From: Burkholderiaceae bacterium
Lineage (GTDB): Bacteria; Pseudomonadota; Gammaproteobacteria; Burkholderiales; Burkholderiaceae_E
Direction: 5' to 3'
Length of the DNA: 51,101 bases
Assembly: GCA_036826495.1 (NCBI GenBank)
Contig: DAISWF010000010.1
Span: 1-51,101 of the forward strand
Each line of letters opens with the position of its first letter. Positions within the stretch are counted from its first letter, which is position 1. The notes under the pieces were generated by a model. The model made no database searches. It was not told the origin of the DNA and saw only the letters and a list, made by a program, of their open reading frames with translations. The position numbers and the translations under genes were made by a program. Below, piece by piece: positions 38,468 to 49,521 of the stretch.

Positions 38468-39951
38468 CTCCCCCTTTCAGACTGATGGACATCACGGTGC
38501 GCGACGCCCAGCAGTGCCTGTGGGCGACGCGGATGACCACCGAGCAGATGCTGCCGATCGCGCGCACTATGGACGCGGCCGGCTTCGACGTCATCGACCT
38601 GACCGGCGGCGCGGCGATCGACGCGAGCGTGATGTTCCTGAACGAGAACCCGTTCGAGCGGATCCGCGAGATGGCGAAGCTGGTGCGCCGCACGCCGATG
38701 AACTTCAACACGCGCGGACAGAGCATCTTCCGCTGGATGCAGTACGCCGACGACGTGGCCGAGTTCACGCTCGATCTGCTCGCGCGCTGCGGCATCCGCT
38801 CGATCATGGTGTTCGACGCGCTCAACGACTTCCGCAACGCGCGCGCCACCGTGCGCTACGCCAAGGCGCTGGACCTGTACATCATCGGCGCGGTCACCTA
38901 TACGATCAGCCCGGTGCACACCGACGAGCACTTCGTCGGCAAGGTGCGCGACCTGGTCGCGATGGGCGTCGACGCGATCGAGCTGAAGGATCCGAGCGGG
39001 CTGCTGACGCCCGAGCGCATCCGTACGCTGGCGCCCAAGCTGCGCGCCGTCAAGGGCCGCTGCCAGTTGCAGCTCCATTCGCACTGCACCTTCGGGCACG
39101 GCGTGGACACCTACCGCGCCGCGATCGAGCTGCCGCCGGACCAGGGGTTCGACCTGTTCCATGCGGCGGCGCGGCCGCTGGCGCACGGCTATTCGCTGCC
39201 GCCGCACGAGCACGTGCTGGCCGAGGCCGACCGCGTGGGCCGCGCGGTGGCGATCGACCGCGACGCGATCCGCGAGATGGACCGCTACTTCTCCCTCATC
39301 ACCCGCCGGGCCGGGCGGGCGGAGGGCAGCCAGCCGCCGCTGCAGTCGGTCGACGTCGACCACCAGGTGCCCGGCGGCATGATGAGCAACCTCGAGCAGC
39401 AGCTCAGGGACCAGGGCCAGGCCCACCGCCTGCCCGAGGTGCTGAACGAGGTGGGCCGGGTGCGGCGCGACCTGGGCTGGCCGATCGTCGTCAGCCCGAT
39501 GGCCCAGTACCTGGGCACGCAGGCGGTGCTGAACGTGCTGACCGGCAAGCGATATCAGATCGTGCCGCAGGAGATCAAGCAGTACGTGCTGGGTTACTAC
39601 GGCGAGCTGGCGGCCCCGGTGGACGCGGAAGCCCGCGAGGCCATCGCCGGAGACGAGCCGTCGATCACCCGGCCGCCGGGGGAGCTGCTGCCGCCGATGA
39701 TGGCCGAGTACCGTCGCCAGTTCGCCGGCGCCAGAGACGACGAGGAGCTGGCGCTGCGCATCTTCTATACCCGGCGGACCGTCGACGAGCACTTCCGGCA
39801 GCGCCTGCTGGTCAAGCCCGGGGCGCTGGCCACCGATGCCGGCAGCTTCCTGGCGCGCGCGATGCTGTCCGACCCCGGCATCGAGCTGGTGGATGTGAAG
39901 CGCCGCGGCTTCCACTTCGCGATGAACCGTGCGGCGACCGCTGCCGCCTGA
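38464..39951 (+). CDS. 5S/HMGL-type carboxyltransferase (pyruvate carboxylase subunit B / oxaloacetate decarboxylase alpha-like) without a biotinyl domain
   Basis: 495 aa with an ATGA overlap. TIM-barrel start is LMDITVRDAQQCLWATRM. Has ELKDPSGLLTP and metal ligands in LHSHCTFGHG. The conserved C-terminal region is present, but there is no MKM biotinyl domain. Confidence 0.88.
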
Positions 39952-39967
39952 CCCCGAGGAACCTTCC

Positions 39968-40282
39968 ATGGTACGCATAGAGATCATCCTGTTCCGCAAC
40001 CACATGACGCTCGAAGAGCAGCAGCGCTGGTGGACGGAGGAGCACGCGCCGATCGCCCGCCGCATGCCCGGCCTGCGCGGCTACTTCATCAACATGGCCG
40101 GCCGCGGCGAAGCGGGCGAGGAGCCGGAGATCTGCGGCACCGACACGCTGACGTTCGATAGCTGGGAGGCGGCGCAGGCCGCCTACGAATCGCCGGAGTG
40201 GAAGGCGGCGCGCGAGCACACCAAGGCTTCCGGCGCGCGCGCGCTGCGCACCTGGGTACGGGACCAGGTCACCATCATCTGA
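39968..40282 (+). CDS. EthD-domain protein (dimeric alpha/beta-barrel superfamily)
   Basis: 104 aa starting MVRIEIILFRNHMTLEEQQRWWTEEHAPIARRMPGLRGYFIN...DSWEAAQAAYESPEW. SD gagga lies upstream of ATG 39968. Confidence 0.7.
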   Translation: MVRIEIILFRNHMTLEEQQRWWTEEHAPIARRMPGLRGYFINMAGRGEAGEEPEICGTDTLTFDSWEAAQAAYESPEWKAAREHTKASGARALRTWVRDQVTII

Positions 40283-40294
40283 GGGGCGGCGCAC

Positions 40295-41551
40295 GTGATT
40301 CTCACCGAAGAGGAACAGGACATGCTCGCCGGCCGGCACGGCGCCGCGCGGCGCGAGGCCATCAGCTACCAGATCGCCGTCGGCGACTTCTGGGGGGCCG
40401 AGCGGTTCGTGCCGATCACCAACGCCCACCTGATGGGCGACATCGAGGTGATGGGCGACGCCGGCCTCGGCTTCCTGGAGCGCGCCTGCGAAAAGCAGTA
40501 CGCCTGCAGCGTCCCGACGACCACCAATCCGCGCTGCATCGATTTCGCGCATGCGCAGTCGCTCGGGCAGGATGAAGTGGAGGCGGGCAAGGAAAGGCGC
40601 GTCATCCGGCTGCTGCGCGACATGAACATCGCGACCACCGACACCTGCATCAACTACCAGACGGTGTACCAGCCCCACGTCGGCGAGCATGTCGCCTGGG
40701 GCGATACCGGCACCGTGATCTACGCCAACTCGGTGTTCGGGGCGCGCAGCAACTTCGAAGGCGGCCCGGCGGTGCTGGCGGCGTCGGTCACCGGCCGCAC
40801 ACCGGCCTACGGCTTCCACCTGGACCGCCACCGCCGCGGCACGGTCGCGGTCCGGGTCGACGCGGCGCTGGACGACCTGGCCGACTGGGGAGCGGTCGGC
40901 AAGATCGTCGGCGAGGCGTACCAGAACTATTTCGCGGTGCCGGTATTCCACGGGCTGCGCCGCGCGCCGCAGGCCGACGAGCTGAAGCACCTGGGCTGCT
41001 CGCTGGCCAGCTACGGATCGATGGCGATGTTCCACATGGTCGGCGTGACGCCGGAGGCGCCGACCTTGGAAGCGGCGTTCGGCGGCGAGCCGCCGCAGGC
41101 CGAAATGGTGATCACCGATGCCGATCTGCAGCGCGTCTATGCCGGCTACTCCCGGGGAGACGGCAGTGCGACACTGGTCGTCTTCTCGGGCCCGCAGCTT
41201 TCGCTGTTCGAGATGAAGGACCTGGCGCAGCGCTTCGATGGCCGACGCGTGGCCCGCGGCACCGACGTCTACGTCACCACCGCCGCGTCGGTAAAGGCCT
41301 CGGCCGAACGGCTGGGCTACCTGAAGGTGCTGGAGGAGGCCGGCGTCACGGTGCTGGAGGGCGTCTGCTTCTACATCCTGCAGAACCTCACGCAGATGCG
41401 GCTGGCGCACGGCTGGACCAACATGGTGTCCAACTCGGCCAAGATCGTCAACATCATCGGCGCCCACCGTTCCAACACCCTCCTGCGCCGCACGCAGGAC
41501 TGCGTGGAGATCGCCGTCAGCGGCCGGCTCGAACCGGGGAGCGCCCGATGA
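40295..41551 (+). CDS. Aconitase X catalytic subunit (DUF521, AcnX large subunit)
   Basis: 418 aa with GTG start. Begins LTEEEQDMLAGRHG. Conserved blocks are ITNAHLMGD, TTTNP, CINYQ, WGDTGTVIYANSVFGARSN and MVSNSAK. Directly followed by a DUF126 gene. Confidence 0.85.
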   Translation: MILTEEEQDMLAGRHGAARREAISYQIAVGDFWGAERFVPITNAHLMGDIEVMGDAGLGFLERACEKQYACSVPTTTNPRCIDFAHAQSLGQDEVEAGKERRVIRLLRDMNIATTDTCINYQTVYQPHVGEHVAWGDTGTVIYANSVFGARSNFEGGPAVLAASVTGRTPAYGFHLDRHRRGTVAVRVDAALDDLADWGAVGKIVGEAYQNYFAVPVFHGLRRAPQADELKHLGCSLASYGSMAMFHMVGVTPEAPTLEAAFGGEPPQAEMVITDADLQRVYAGYSRGDGSATLVVFSGPQLSLFEMKDLAQRFDGRRVARGTDVYVTTAASVKASAERLGYLKVLEEAGVTVLEGVCFYILQNLTQMRLAHGWTNMVSNSAKIVNIIGAHRSNTLLRRTQDCVEIAVSGRLEPGSAR

Positions 41552-42009
41552 ACGCGGCGAGCGGCATTGCCGATGCCGTCGCCGCCGGCGTGCTGGCGAC
41601 GATCCGGGTGGAGCGCGCGTTCGGCCCGGTGGTCGAAGGCGCGGCGCTGGTTTCCGAAGAAGGTTTCTCGCCGCGCTACGACCTGGATCGCTGGACCGGG
41701 CTGATCACCAAGCCGGGCCACAAGCTCGAAGGCCACGACATCCGCGACCGCATCTGCTTCTTTCCCAGCGCCAAGGGCGGCATCGCGGCCGGCTGGGCGT
41801 TCCACGACATCAAGCACAAGAAGATCGCGCCGCGCGCGTTCGTGTTCGGCGTCACCAATCCGGTGATGGTGCAGGGTGCCGTCTTCGCCGGCATCACGAT
41901 CACCGAAGGTTGGTCGGCCGAGCCCGCCTCGCTGATCCGCAATGGCGACTGGGTGCGGGTGGACCCGGCGCGCAAGATCATCGAAGTGCTGCGGCGCGCG
42001 GCCGGCTGA
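41548..42009 (+). CDS. Aconitase X swivel-domain subunit (DUF126, AcnX small subunit)
   Basis: 153 aa with an ATGA overlap. Blocks are GFSPRYDLD...G, HDIRDRICFFPSAKGGIAAGWAF and PRAFVFGVTNPVMVQGAVFAGI. Confidence 0.8.
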   Translation: MNAASGIADAVAAGVLATIRVERAFGPVVEGAALVSEEGFSPRYDLDRWTGLITKPGHKLEGHDIRDRICFFPSAKGGIAAGWAFHDIKHKKIAPRAFVFGVTNPVMVQGAVFAGITITEGWSAEPASLIRNGDWVRVDPARKIIEVLRRAAG

Positions 42010-42039
42010 AGTTCACCAGAACCACAAGGGGAGACAACG

Positions 42040-43086
42040 ATGGAGTTCTCGACGTTACGCCGCTGGCTGGCCGCGGCCGCCACCGCGGCCCTGAGCCTTG
42101 CAGCCACGACCGTCGCTTCCGCCCAGGGAGCGCTGCAGAAGTTCAACTATGGCGTTCCGACCGCCGACTACTACGTGCTGTACGTGGCCAAGGACCAGGG
42201 CCTGTTCCAGAAGCAGGGGCTGGATCCGCAGTTCTTCTTCTTTCCGTCGGGAGCACCGCTGCTGGCGGCGCTCAAGAGCGAAAGCGTGGACATCATCTCC
42301 ACCGGCTTGGCGACCGCGTTCGCCCTGGGACAGAAGATCCCGCTGAAACTGATCTTCTGGGAGATGGACGATTCGGCCGGCGAAGGCGTGATCGTCAGTC
42401 CGAAGTCGGGCATCCGGACGATCACCGATCTGCCCAAGGCCAAGGCGATCGGCGCACCGTCGGGCACCTGCGCGCAGGTGGCGCTGGGGCTGATCGCGCG
42501 CAAGATCGGCGTCAAGCCGTCCGACTTCAAGACCGTCAACATCGCGCCGCCGCTGTACGCCAACGCGTTCAGCAGCAATTCGCTCGATGCCGGCGTGGCG
42601 TGGGCGCCGTTCCTGCAGGCGCTGGCCGAGCAGGGGCAGACGATCATCGCCTATGACGCCGACTACGGCATCGACGGCGGGATCTGCCCGGTGATGACGG
42701 GCGGCCGCACGAAGTTCCTGCAGCAGAATCCGGAGATCGGCCACAAGCTCGTGCGGATCAATGCCGAGGCGGCGGCGATGATCGAGAAGAATCCACAGCT
42801 CGCGATCGACGCGCTGGTCAAGTATCTGTCGGTCACGCCGACGGTTGCCAAGGCGACCTATGAGCGCCTGTGCTGCGCGCGCCGCCCGACCTTCGCGCAG
42901 CAGTTGGACCCGGCGTCGCCGTATTCGATGGTCAACCGCGATGGCGGCCTGGTGAAGAAGCTGCTGATCGCCACTCAGGTGCTGGCCGAGGCGGGCACGA
43001 TACCGGCCGCGCTGACGGTGGACGAGATCGTGCAGGCGCTCGACACGAGCTACCTGCGCCGCTACGTCGAGGCGGCCGGCAAGTGA
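42040..43086 (+). CDS. ABC transporter substrate-binding protein (NMT1/THI5-like)
   Basis: 348 aa. Signal peptide is MEFSTLRRWLAAAATAALSLAATTVASAQG. SD ggggaga lies upstream. Close paralogue of 17261-18295. Confidence 0.9.
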   Translation: MEFSTLRRWLAAAATAALSLAATTVASAQGALQKFNYGVPTADYYVLYVAKDQGLFQKQGLDPQFFFFPSGAPLLAALKSESVDIISTGLATAFALGQKIPLKLIFWEMDDSAGEGVIVSPKSGIRTITDLPKAKAIGAPSGTCAQVALGLIARKIGVKPSDFKTVNIAPPLYANAFSSNSLDAGVAWAPFLQALAEQGQTIIAYDADYGIDGGICPVMTGGRTKFLQQNPEIGHKLVRINAEAAAMIEKNPQLAIDALVKYLSVTPTVAKATYERLCCARRPTFAQQLDPASPYSMVNRDGGLVKKLLIATQVLAEAGTIPAALTVDEIVQALDTSYLRRYVEAAGK

Positions 43087-43901
43087 ACGCCCTGCACATC
43101 CCTCTGCCCCCGGTGAAGATCGCCTTCCAGGGGGTTCAGAAATCGTATCCGGCCAAGCATGCTTCGCAGGCACCGACGCTCGCGCTGGACCGGCTCGACG
43201 TCGCGATACGGGACGCCGAGATCGTCTCGGTGCTCGGCCCCACCGGCTGCGGCAAATCGACGGCGCTGAATCTGATCGCCGGATTCGAGGAGGCGAGCAG
43301 CGGCGCTGTCGTGCTGGATGGCCAGCGCGTGGAGGGGCCGGGGCCCGATCGGGCGGTGGTGTTCCAGCAGGCGTCGCTGTTCCCGTGGCTGAACGTCTTC
43401 GACAACGTGACGCTCGGCGTGCGCTGCCGCGGCGTGCCGCCGTCGGACTACACGCCGCGCGCCGAACACCTGCTCGACGCGGTAGGGTTGACCGCCTTCG
43501 CGAAGCATTTCCCCTACCAGCTTTCCGGCGGCATGCAGCAGCGCGTGCAGATCGCCCGCGCGCTGATCGCGCAGCCCAAGGTGCTGCTGATGGACGAACC
43601 GTTCGGCGCACTGGACTACCAGACACGCATCTTCATGCAGGAACTGCTGCTGAAGTTGTGGGTCGAGTTCAAGCCGACGGTGTTCTTCATCACGCACGAC
43701 GTGTCCGAGGCGATCTTCGTCTCCGACCGGGTGCTGGTGATGAGCCGGCGGCCCGGCCGCGTGAAGCTGGCCGTCGATGTGCCGGCGCCGAAGCCGCGCA
43801 CCGCCGATTTCTTCAGCACGCCCGACTTCGTCGAGCAGCAGCGGCGATTGCTGCGCGCCGTGCAGGACGAGGTGCAGGGCGTCGAGGCCGTCGCGCACTG
43901 A
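43083..43901 (+). CDS. ABC transporter ATP-binding protein (NitT/TauT family)
   Basis: 272 aa from GTG 43083 with a GTGA overlap. Motifs are [18 protein letters not shown] and [11 protein letters not shown]. Close paralogue of 18332-19201. Confidence 0.92.
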   Translation: MNALHIPLPPVKIAFQGVQKSYPAKHASQAPTLALDRLDVAIRDAEIVSVLGPTGCGKSTALNLIAGFEEASSGAVVLDGQRVEGPGPDRAVVFQQASLFPWLNVFDNVTLGVRCRGVPPSDYTPRAEHLLDAVGLTAFAKHFPYQLSGGMQQRVQIARALIAQPKVLLMDEPFGALDYQTRIFMQELLLKLWVEFKPTVFFITHDVSEAIFVSDRVLVMSRRPGRVKLAVDVPAPKPRTADFFSTPDFVEQQRRLLRAVQDEVQGVEAVAH

Positions 43902-43912
43902 GGACCCCAGCC

Positions 43913-45583
43913 ATGACCCGAGACCTCGAAGGCGAGTTCGACTACATCATCGTCGGCGCCGGCTCGGCCGGCTGCGTGCTCGCCGACCGTTTGACCGAAA
44001 GCGGCGAGCACCGGGTGCTGCTGCTGGAGGCCGGGCCGCCCGACCGCAATCCGTGGATTCACATCCCGATCGGCTATGGCAAGACGATGACCGATCCGGT
44101 GGTCAACTGGCGCTTCGAGACCGAACCGGAGCCGCACCTGCATGACCGGCGGCTGTACTGGCCGCGCGGACGCACGCTGGGCGGATCGAGCTCGATCAAC
44201 GGCCTCATCTACGTGCGCGGCCATCCGGCCGACTACGATGCGTGGGCCGCGCTGGGCAACCCCGGGTGGGGCCACGACGACCTGCTGCCGTGCTTCAGGC
44301 GCTCGGAGACCAATTCGCGGGGCGCCAGCGCCTGGCACGGCGACGCCGGGCCGATGCACGTGTCGGACATCGGCATCCGCCATCCGCTGGTCGAGGCGTT
44401 CATCGCCGGCGCCGCGGAGCTGGGCATTCCTCGCACCGAGGACTTCAACGGGCCGCGGCAGGAGGGCTCCGGCTACTATCAGTTGACAACGCGGCGCGGG
44501 TTGCGCTCGTCCACCGCGCGCAGCTATCTCGCGCGGGCGCGGCGGCGGCCGAACCTGAAGGTGCTGACCGGCGCTCATGCGACCGGGCTGGTGTTCGATG
44601 GCCTGCGCGCGACCGGCGTGACCTGGCGCCGCGGCGGCCAGGACGAACGGGCGCGCGCGCGGCGCGAGGTGCTGTTGGCCGCCGGCGCGATCCAGTCGCC
44701 GCAGATATTGGAGCTGTCGGGCATCGGCCAGCCCGAGCGGCTTGCGCCGCTCGGCATCCCGGTACGCGTGCCGACGCACGGGGTCGGCGAGAACCTGCAG
44801 GATCATCTGCAGGTGCGGCTGATCTACCGCTGCACGCAGCCGGTGACCACCAATGACGACTTGCGTACGCCGTGGGGCCGCGCGCGCATCGGCCTGCAAT
44901 GGCTGTTGCGGCGATCGGGGCCGCTGGCGATAGGCATCCAGCTCGGAGGTCTGTTCGCCCGCGCGCTCCCGGAAGCCGACCGGCCCGACGTCCAGTTCCA
45001 TTTCGGCACCATCAGCGCCGATGCGGTGGCCGGCAAGCCGCATGATTTCTCGGGTTTCACGCTGTCGATGTGCCAGCTTCGGCCCAGCAGCCGCGGCAGC
45101 ATCCATCTGAAGACGCGCGACCCGCTGAATGCGCCCGCCATCCGTCCGAACTACCTGGCGACCGAGCACGATCGAGCGGTGATGGTGGCGGGCACCCGAT
45201 TGTCGCGCGCGCTGATGCGCACGCATGCGATGGCGCCGTTCATCGCGGCCGAGCACAAGCCCGGCGCAGCGATGGGCGACGATGACGCCGCCATGCTGGA
45301 GTTCGTGCGTCGCGAGAGCGTGACGATCTTTCATCCGGTCGGCACCTGCGCGATGGGGCCTGACGAGGACGCGGTGGTCGATGCACGACTGCGCGTCTAC
45401 GGGACCGCAGGGTTGCGCGTCGTCGACGCCTCGATCATGCCGCTGCTCGTTTCCGGCAACACCAACGCGCCGGCGATCGCAGTGGCCGAGAAGGCGGCCG
45501 GACTGATCCTGGCCGACGGCCGCGCCGGCGCACCCGTCATCGCCCGACGCGGACGACAAGCGGAGACCATCGACGCCGCCTGA
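43913..45583 (+). CDS. GMC-family FAD oxidoreductase
   Basis: 556 aa from ATG 43913. Motifs are FDYIIVGAGSAGCVLADRL, GRTLGGSSSINGLIYVRG, and IFHPVGTCAMG...LRVVDASIMPLLVSGNTNA. Confidence 0.92.
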   Translation: MTRDLEGEFDYIIVGAGSAGCVLADRLTESGEHRVLLLEAGPPDRNPWIHIPIGYGKTMTDPVVNWRFETEPEPHLHDRRLYWPRGRTLGGSSSINGLIYVRGHPADYDAWAALGNPGWGHDDLLPCFRRSETNSRGASAWHGDAGPMHVSDIGIRHPLVEAFIAGAAELGIPRTEDFNGPRQEGSGYYQLTTRRGLRSSTARSYLARARRRPNLKVLTGAHATGLVFDGLRATGVTWRRGGQDERARARREVLLAAGAIQSPQILELSGIGQPERLAPLGIPVRVPTHGVGENLQDHLQVRLIYRCTQPVTTNDDLRTPWGRARIGLQWLLRRSGPLAIGIQLGGLFARALPEADRPDVQFHFGTISADAVAGKPHDFSGFTLSMCQLRPSSRGSIHLKTRDPLNAPAIRPNYLATEHDRAVMVAGTRLSRALMRTHAMAPFIAAEHKPGAAMGDDDAAMLEFVRRESVTIFHPVGTCAMGPDEDAVVDARLRVYGTAGLRVVDASIMPLLVSGNTNAPAIAVAEKAAGLILADGRAGAPVIARRGRQAETIDAA

Positions 45584-45715
45584 CGCTGCCCTACGCCGCC
45601 TTACGTCGTCTGACGCCGCCACCCGCGGGCGCCTCTCGTCGAGCCCACCACGCCCTTTCAGGTATCCTCGCCGGACCCCGCCAGCACCGGCGGATTCCAA
45701 CGGAGAGGAGCGGTC

Positions 45716-47008
45716 TTGACCCTCGAAGGGGCCCGGCAGCACGGCGTACCCACGCGCACCGCCGGCGACCGCCGCCTCTACTACGGCACCTGGCTGATCG
45801 CCGCCGCGTTCGTGACCCAGTTCGTTTCGGTCGGTGCGCAGAATTACGTGATCGGGTCGTTTCTGGTGCCGATGACCGCCGAGCTGGGCTGGTCGCGGGC
45901 CGAGTTCATCCTGCCGCGCAGCCTCGGTCAGATCGTCGCGGCGCTGACCGGTTTCCTGATCGGCGTCCGGGTCGACCGGCACGGGGCGCGGCCGTTCATG
46001 ATCTTCGGTCTGGTCGTGCTGTCGCTGGCGCTGCTGGCGCTGTCGTTCGTGACGGCGCTGTGGCAATGGATCCTGTTGAACGGCATCGCGCTGACGCTGG
46101 GCGCCTCGATGATCGGCAGCCTGGTGGTCAACGTGACGTTGGCCAAGTGGTTCGTCGAGAAGCGCGGCCGGGCGATCGCCTGGGCGGCGATGGGCGTGTC
46201 GTTCGCCGGCATCGGCGTCACGCCGCTGATCACCGCGTGGATCGATGCCTATGGCTGGCGCAGCGGCTGGCAGGCACTGGCGGCGGCCGCGCTGTTGCTG
46301 GCGCTGCCGCCCGCGCTGATGATGCGGCGGGCGCCGGAGGATCACGGGCTGCATCCCGACGGCAAGACGCAGGCGCAGGTCGATGCCGGCGAAGCGTCGC
46401 GGGCCCGCGCCGACTTCGATGCATCGCTGACGCGCGGGCAGGCGCTGCGCACGGTGGTGTTCTATCTGCTGGTGCTGGCATTCGGTCTGTACCAGGTCAA
46501 CATTCCCGTGATGCTGTTCCAGACGGTGCCGTTCATGACCGACGCCGGCTATTCGCGCACCACCGCCGCGCTGATGCTCGTGGTCGCATCGATCCCGGCG
46601 CTCGCCACCAAGCCGGTCTGGGGCTGGCTGATCGACCACGTGAATCCCCGTCCCCTGGCGGCGGTCAGCGCGCTGCTGACCGGTCTGGCGGTGCTGCTGA
46701 TCGTCGCGGCGGTGAAGCTGCGCTCGGAGCTGTGGGAGTACGTCGCGTTCTTCCTGCTCGGCGTGGGCTGGGGCGGCATGATTCCGATGCAGGAGGGGCT
46801 CTGGGGCTCGTACTTCGGCCGCCGTCCTCTGGGCGCGGTGCGCAGCGCGGCGCTGCCGATGGCGCTGGTGTTCAGCGCCGGCGGGCCGCTGGCCGCCGCG
46901 CACTACCATGACGTGGTCGGCGACTACGACGGCGCGATGCTGGTGGTCGGCGGCATGGCGCTGTTGAGCGGCGTGCTGCTGATGGCCCTGCCGCGGCCGC
47001 GGGGGTGA
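45716..47008 (+). CDS. MFS transporter (oxalate/formate-antiporter-like or monocarboxylate-type)
   Basis: 430 aa. TTG start lies 5 nt after ggagaggag. Has about 12 hydrophobic segments with a central loop (RRAPEDHGLHPDGKTQAQ). The MFS loop 2-3 motif is GFLIGVRVDRHGARP. Confidence 0.88.
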   Translation: MTLEGARQHGVPTRTAGDRRLYYGTWLIAAAFVTQFVSVGAQNYVIGSFLVPMTAELGWSRAEFILPRSLGQIVAALTGFLIGVRVDRHGARPFMIFGLVVLSLALLALSFVTALWQWILLNGIALTLGASMIGSLVVNVTLAKWFVEKRGRAIAWAAMGVSFAGIGVTPLITAWIDAYGWRSGWQALAAAALLLALPPALMMRRAPEDHGLHPDGKTQAQVDAGEASRARADFDASLTRGQALRTVVFYLLVLAFGLYQVNIPVMLFQTVPFMTDAGYSRTTAALMLVVASIPALATKPVWGWLIDHVNPRPLAAVSALLTGLAVLLIVAAVKLRSELWEYVAFFLLGVGWGGMIPMQEGLWGSYFGRRPLGAVRSAALPMALVFSAGGPLAAAHYHDVVGDYDGAMLVVGGMALLSGVLLMALPRPRG

Positions 47009-47051
47009 TGCGCAAGGCGATGGACATCCGCTTTACCAGCCCTTTTACCCA

Positions 47052-47081
47052 TTGACAGAGCTTTCTACCGCGGGGTAACTT
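47052..47081 (+). promoter_or_regulatory. Candidate sigma70 promoter
   Basis: Perfect -35 TTGACA (47052-47057), an 18-nt spacer, then TAACTT (47076-47081), in a relatively AT-rich intergenic region. Confidence 0.4.
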
Positions 47082-47106
47082 CAGGGTTGTCCGGCATGCA
47101 CCGGTC

Positions 47107-47136
47107 ATCGTGATCCGAAAGATCGTGATCCGAAAG
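47107..47136 (+). repeat. Perfect 15-bp tandem duplication ATCGTGATCCGAAAG x2
   Basis: Units are 47107-47121 and 47122-47136. They lie between the candidate promoter and the uORF/CDS start. Confidence 0.95.
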
Positions 47137-47175
47137 AAGCGGCGCCGGGTCTCACCGGCACCCGAGGAGGCGTCA

Positions 47176-47192
47176 ATGGGTTCGATCCGGCG

Positions 47193-47196
<4 letters not shown>
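47176..47196 (+). other. 6-codon upstream ORF (MGSIRR) whose stop overlaps the ATG of the downstream CDS
   Basis: Strong SD GAGGAGG (47164-47170) lies 5 nt before ATG 47176. The reading is ATG GGT TCG ATC CGG CGA TGA. This TGA (47194-47196) overlaps the main ATG (47193-47195). The main ATG has no SD of its own. Confidence 0.5.
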
Positions 47197-48693
<1,497 letters not shown>

Positions 48694-48713
<20 letters not shown>

Positions 48714-49521
48714 GCGTCCACCGGCCGCGGCGTCGTCGCCGCCGACATCGCCACTGATGCGCGCCGAGCACATGACCCTGCGGTTCGGCGGCGTCACCGC
48801 GCTGTCCGACGTATCGCTGACCGTCGGCCGCAGCGAGATCCTGGCGATCATCGGGCCGAACGGCGCCGGCAAGAGCTGCACCTTGAACTGCCTGAACGGC
48901 TTCAACGTGCCGCAGCAGGGCCGTCTGTTCTTCGAGGACCGCGAGATCACGCGGATGCCGCCGCACCGGATCGCCCGACTCGGCGTCGGGCGCACGTTCC
49001 AGGGGCTGCAGCTCTTTCCCGGCCTGTCGGTGCTCGACAACCTGCTGACCGGGCGCCATCTGCACATGAAGGCCGGCGCGATCAAGGGCTTCTTCTATTG
49101 GCCCTGGACCCATCGCGAGGAGCTCGCGCACCGCAAGCGCGTCGAGGAGATCGTCGACTTCCTCGAGATCAAGCAGATCCGTCACCGGATGGTGGGTTCG
49201 CTGTCCTACGGCCTGCGCAAGCGGGTCGACCTCGGCCGGGCGCTGGCGATGGAGCCGCGCGTGCTGCTGATGGACGAACCGATGGCCGGCATGAACCTGG
49301 AAGAGAAGGAGGACATGGCCCGCTTCATCCTCGACATCCGCGAGGCGCTCGACATTCCGGTGGCGATCGTCGAGCACGACATGCAGGTGGTGATGGACGT
49401 CGCCGACCGGATCGTCGTGCTCGACTGGGGTCACGTGATCGCCCAGGGCACGCCGGACCAGGTGCGGCACGACCCCGCGGTGATCAAGGCTTACCTGGGC
49501 GAGGAGGAGACGGCGGCATGA
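48694..49521 (+). CDS. ABC transporter ATP-binding protein, LivG-like (branched-chain/hydrophobic amino acid uptake family)
   Basis: 275 aa. Motifs are GPNGAGKS, LSYGLRKRV and LLMDEPMAGMN, plus the LivG-type insertion after the Q-loop. Overlaps the previous CDS by 20 nt. Confidence 0.9.

Noticed and set aside
47141-47162. A possible attenuator hairpin (GCCGG gtctca CCGGC) upstream of the uORF.
   Set aside because: The stem is only 5 bp, has no U-tract and has no alternative pairing with the uORF region. It is too weak to call.
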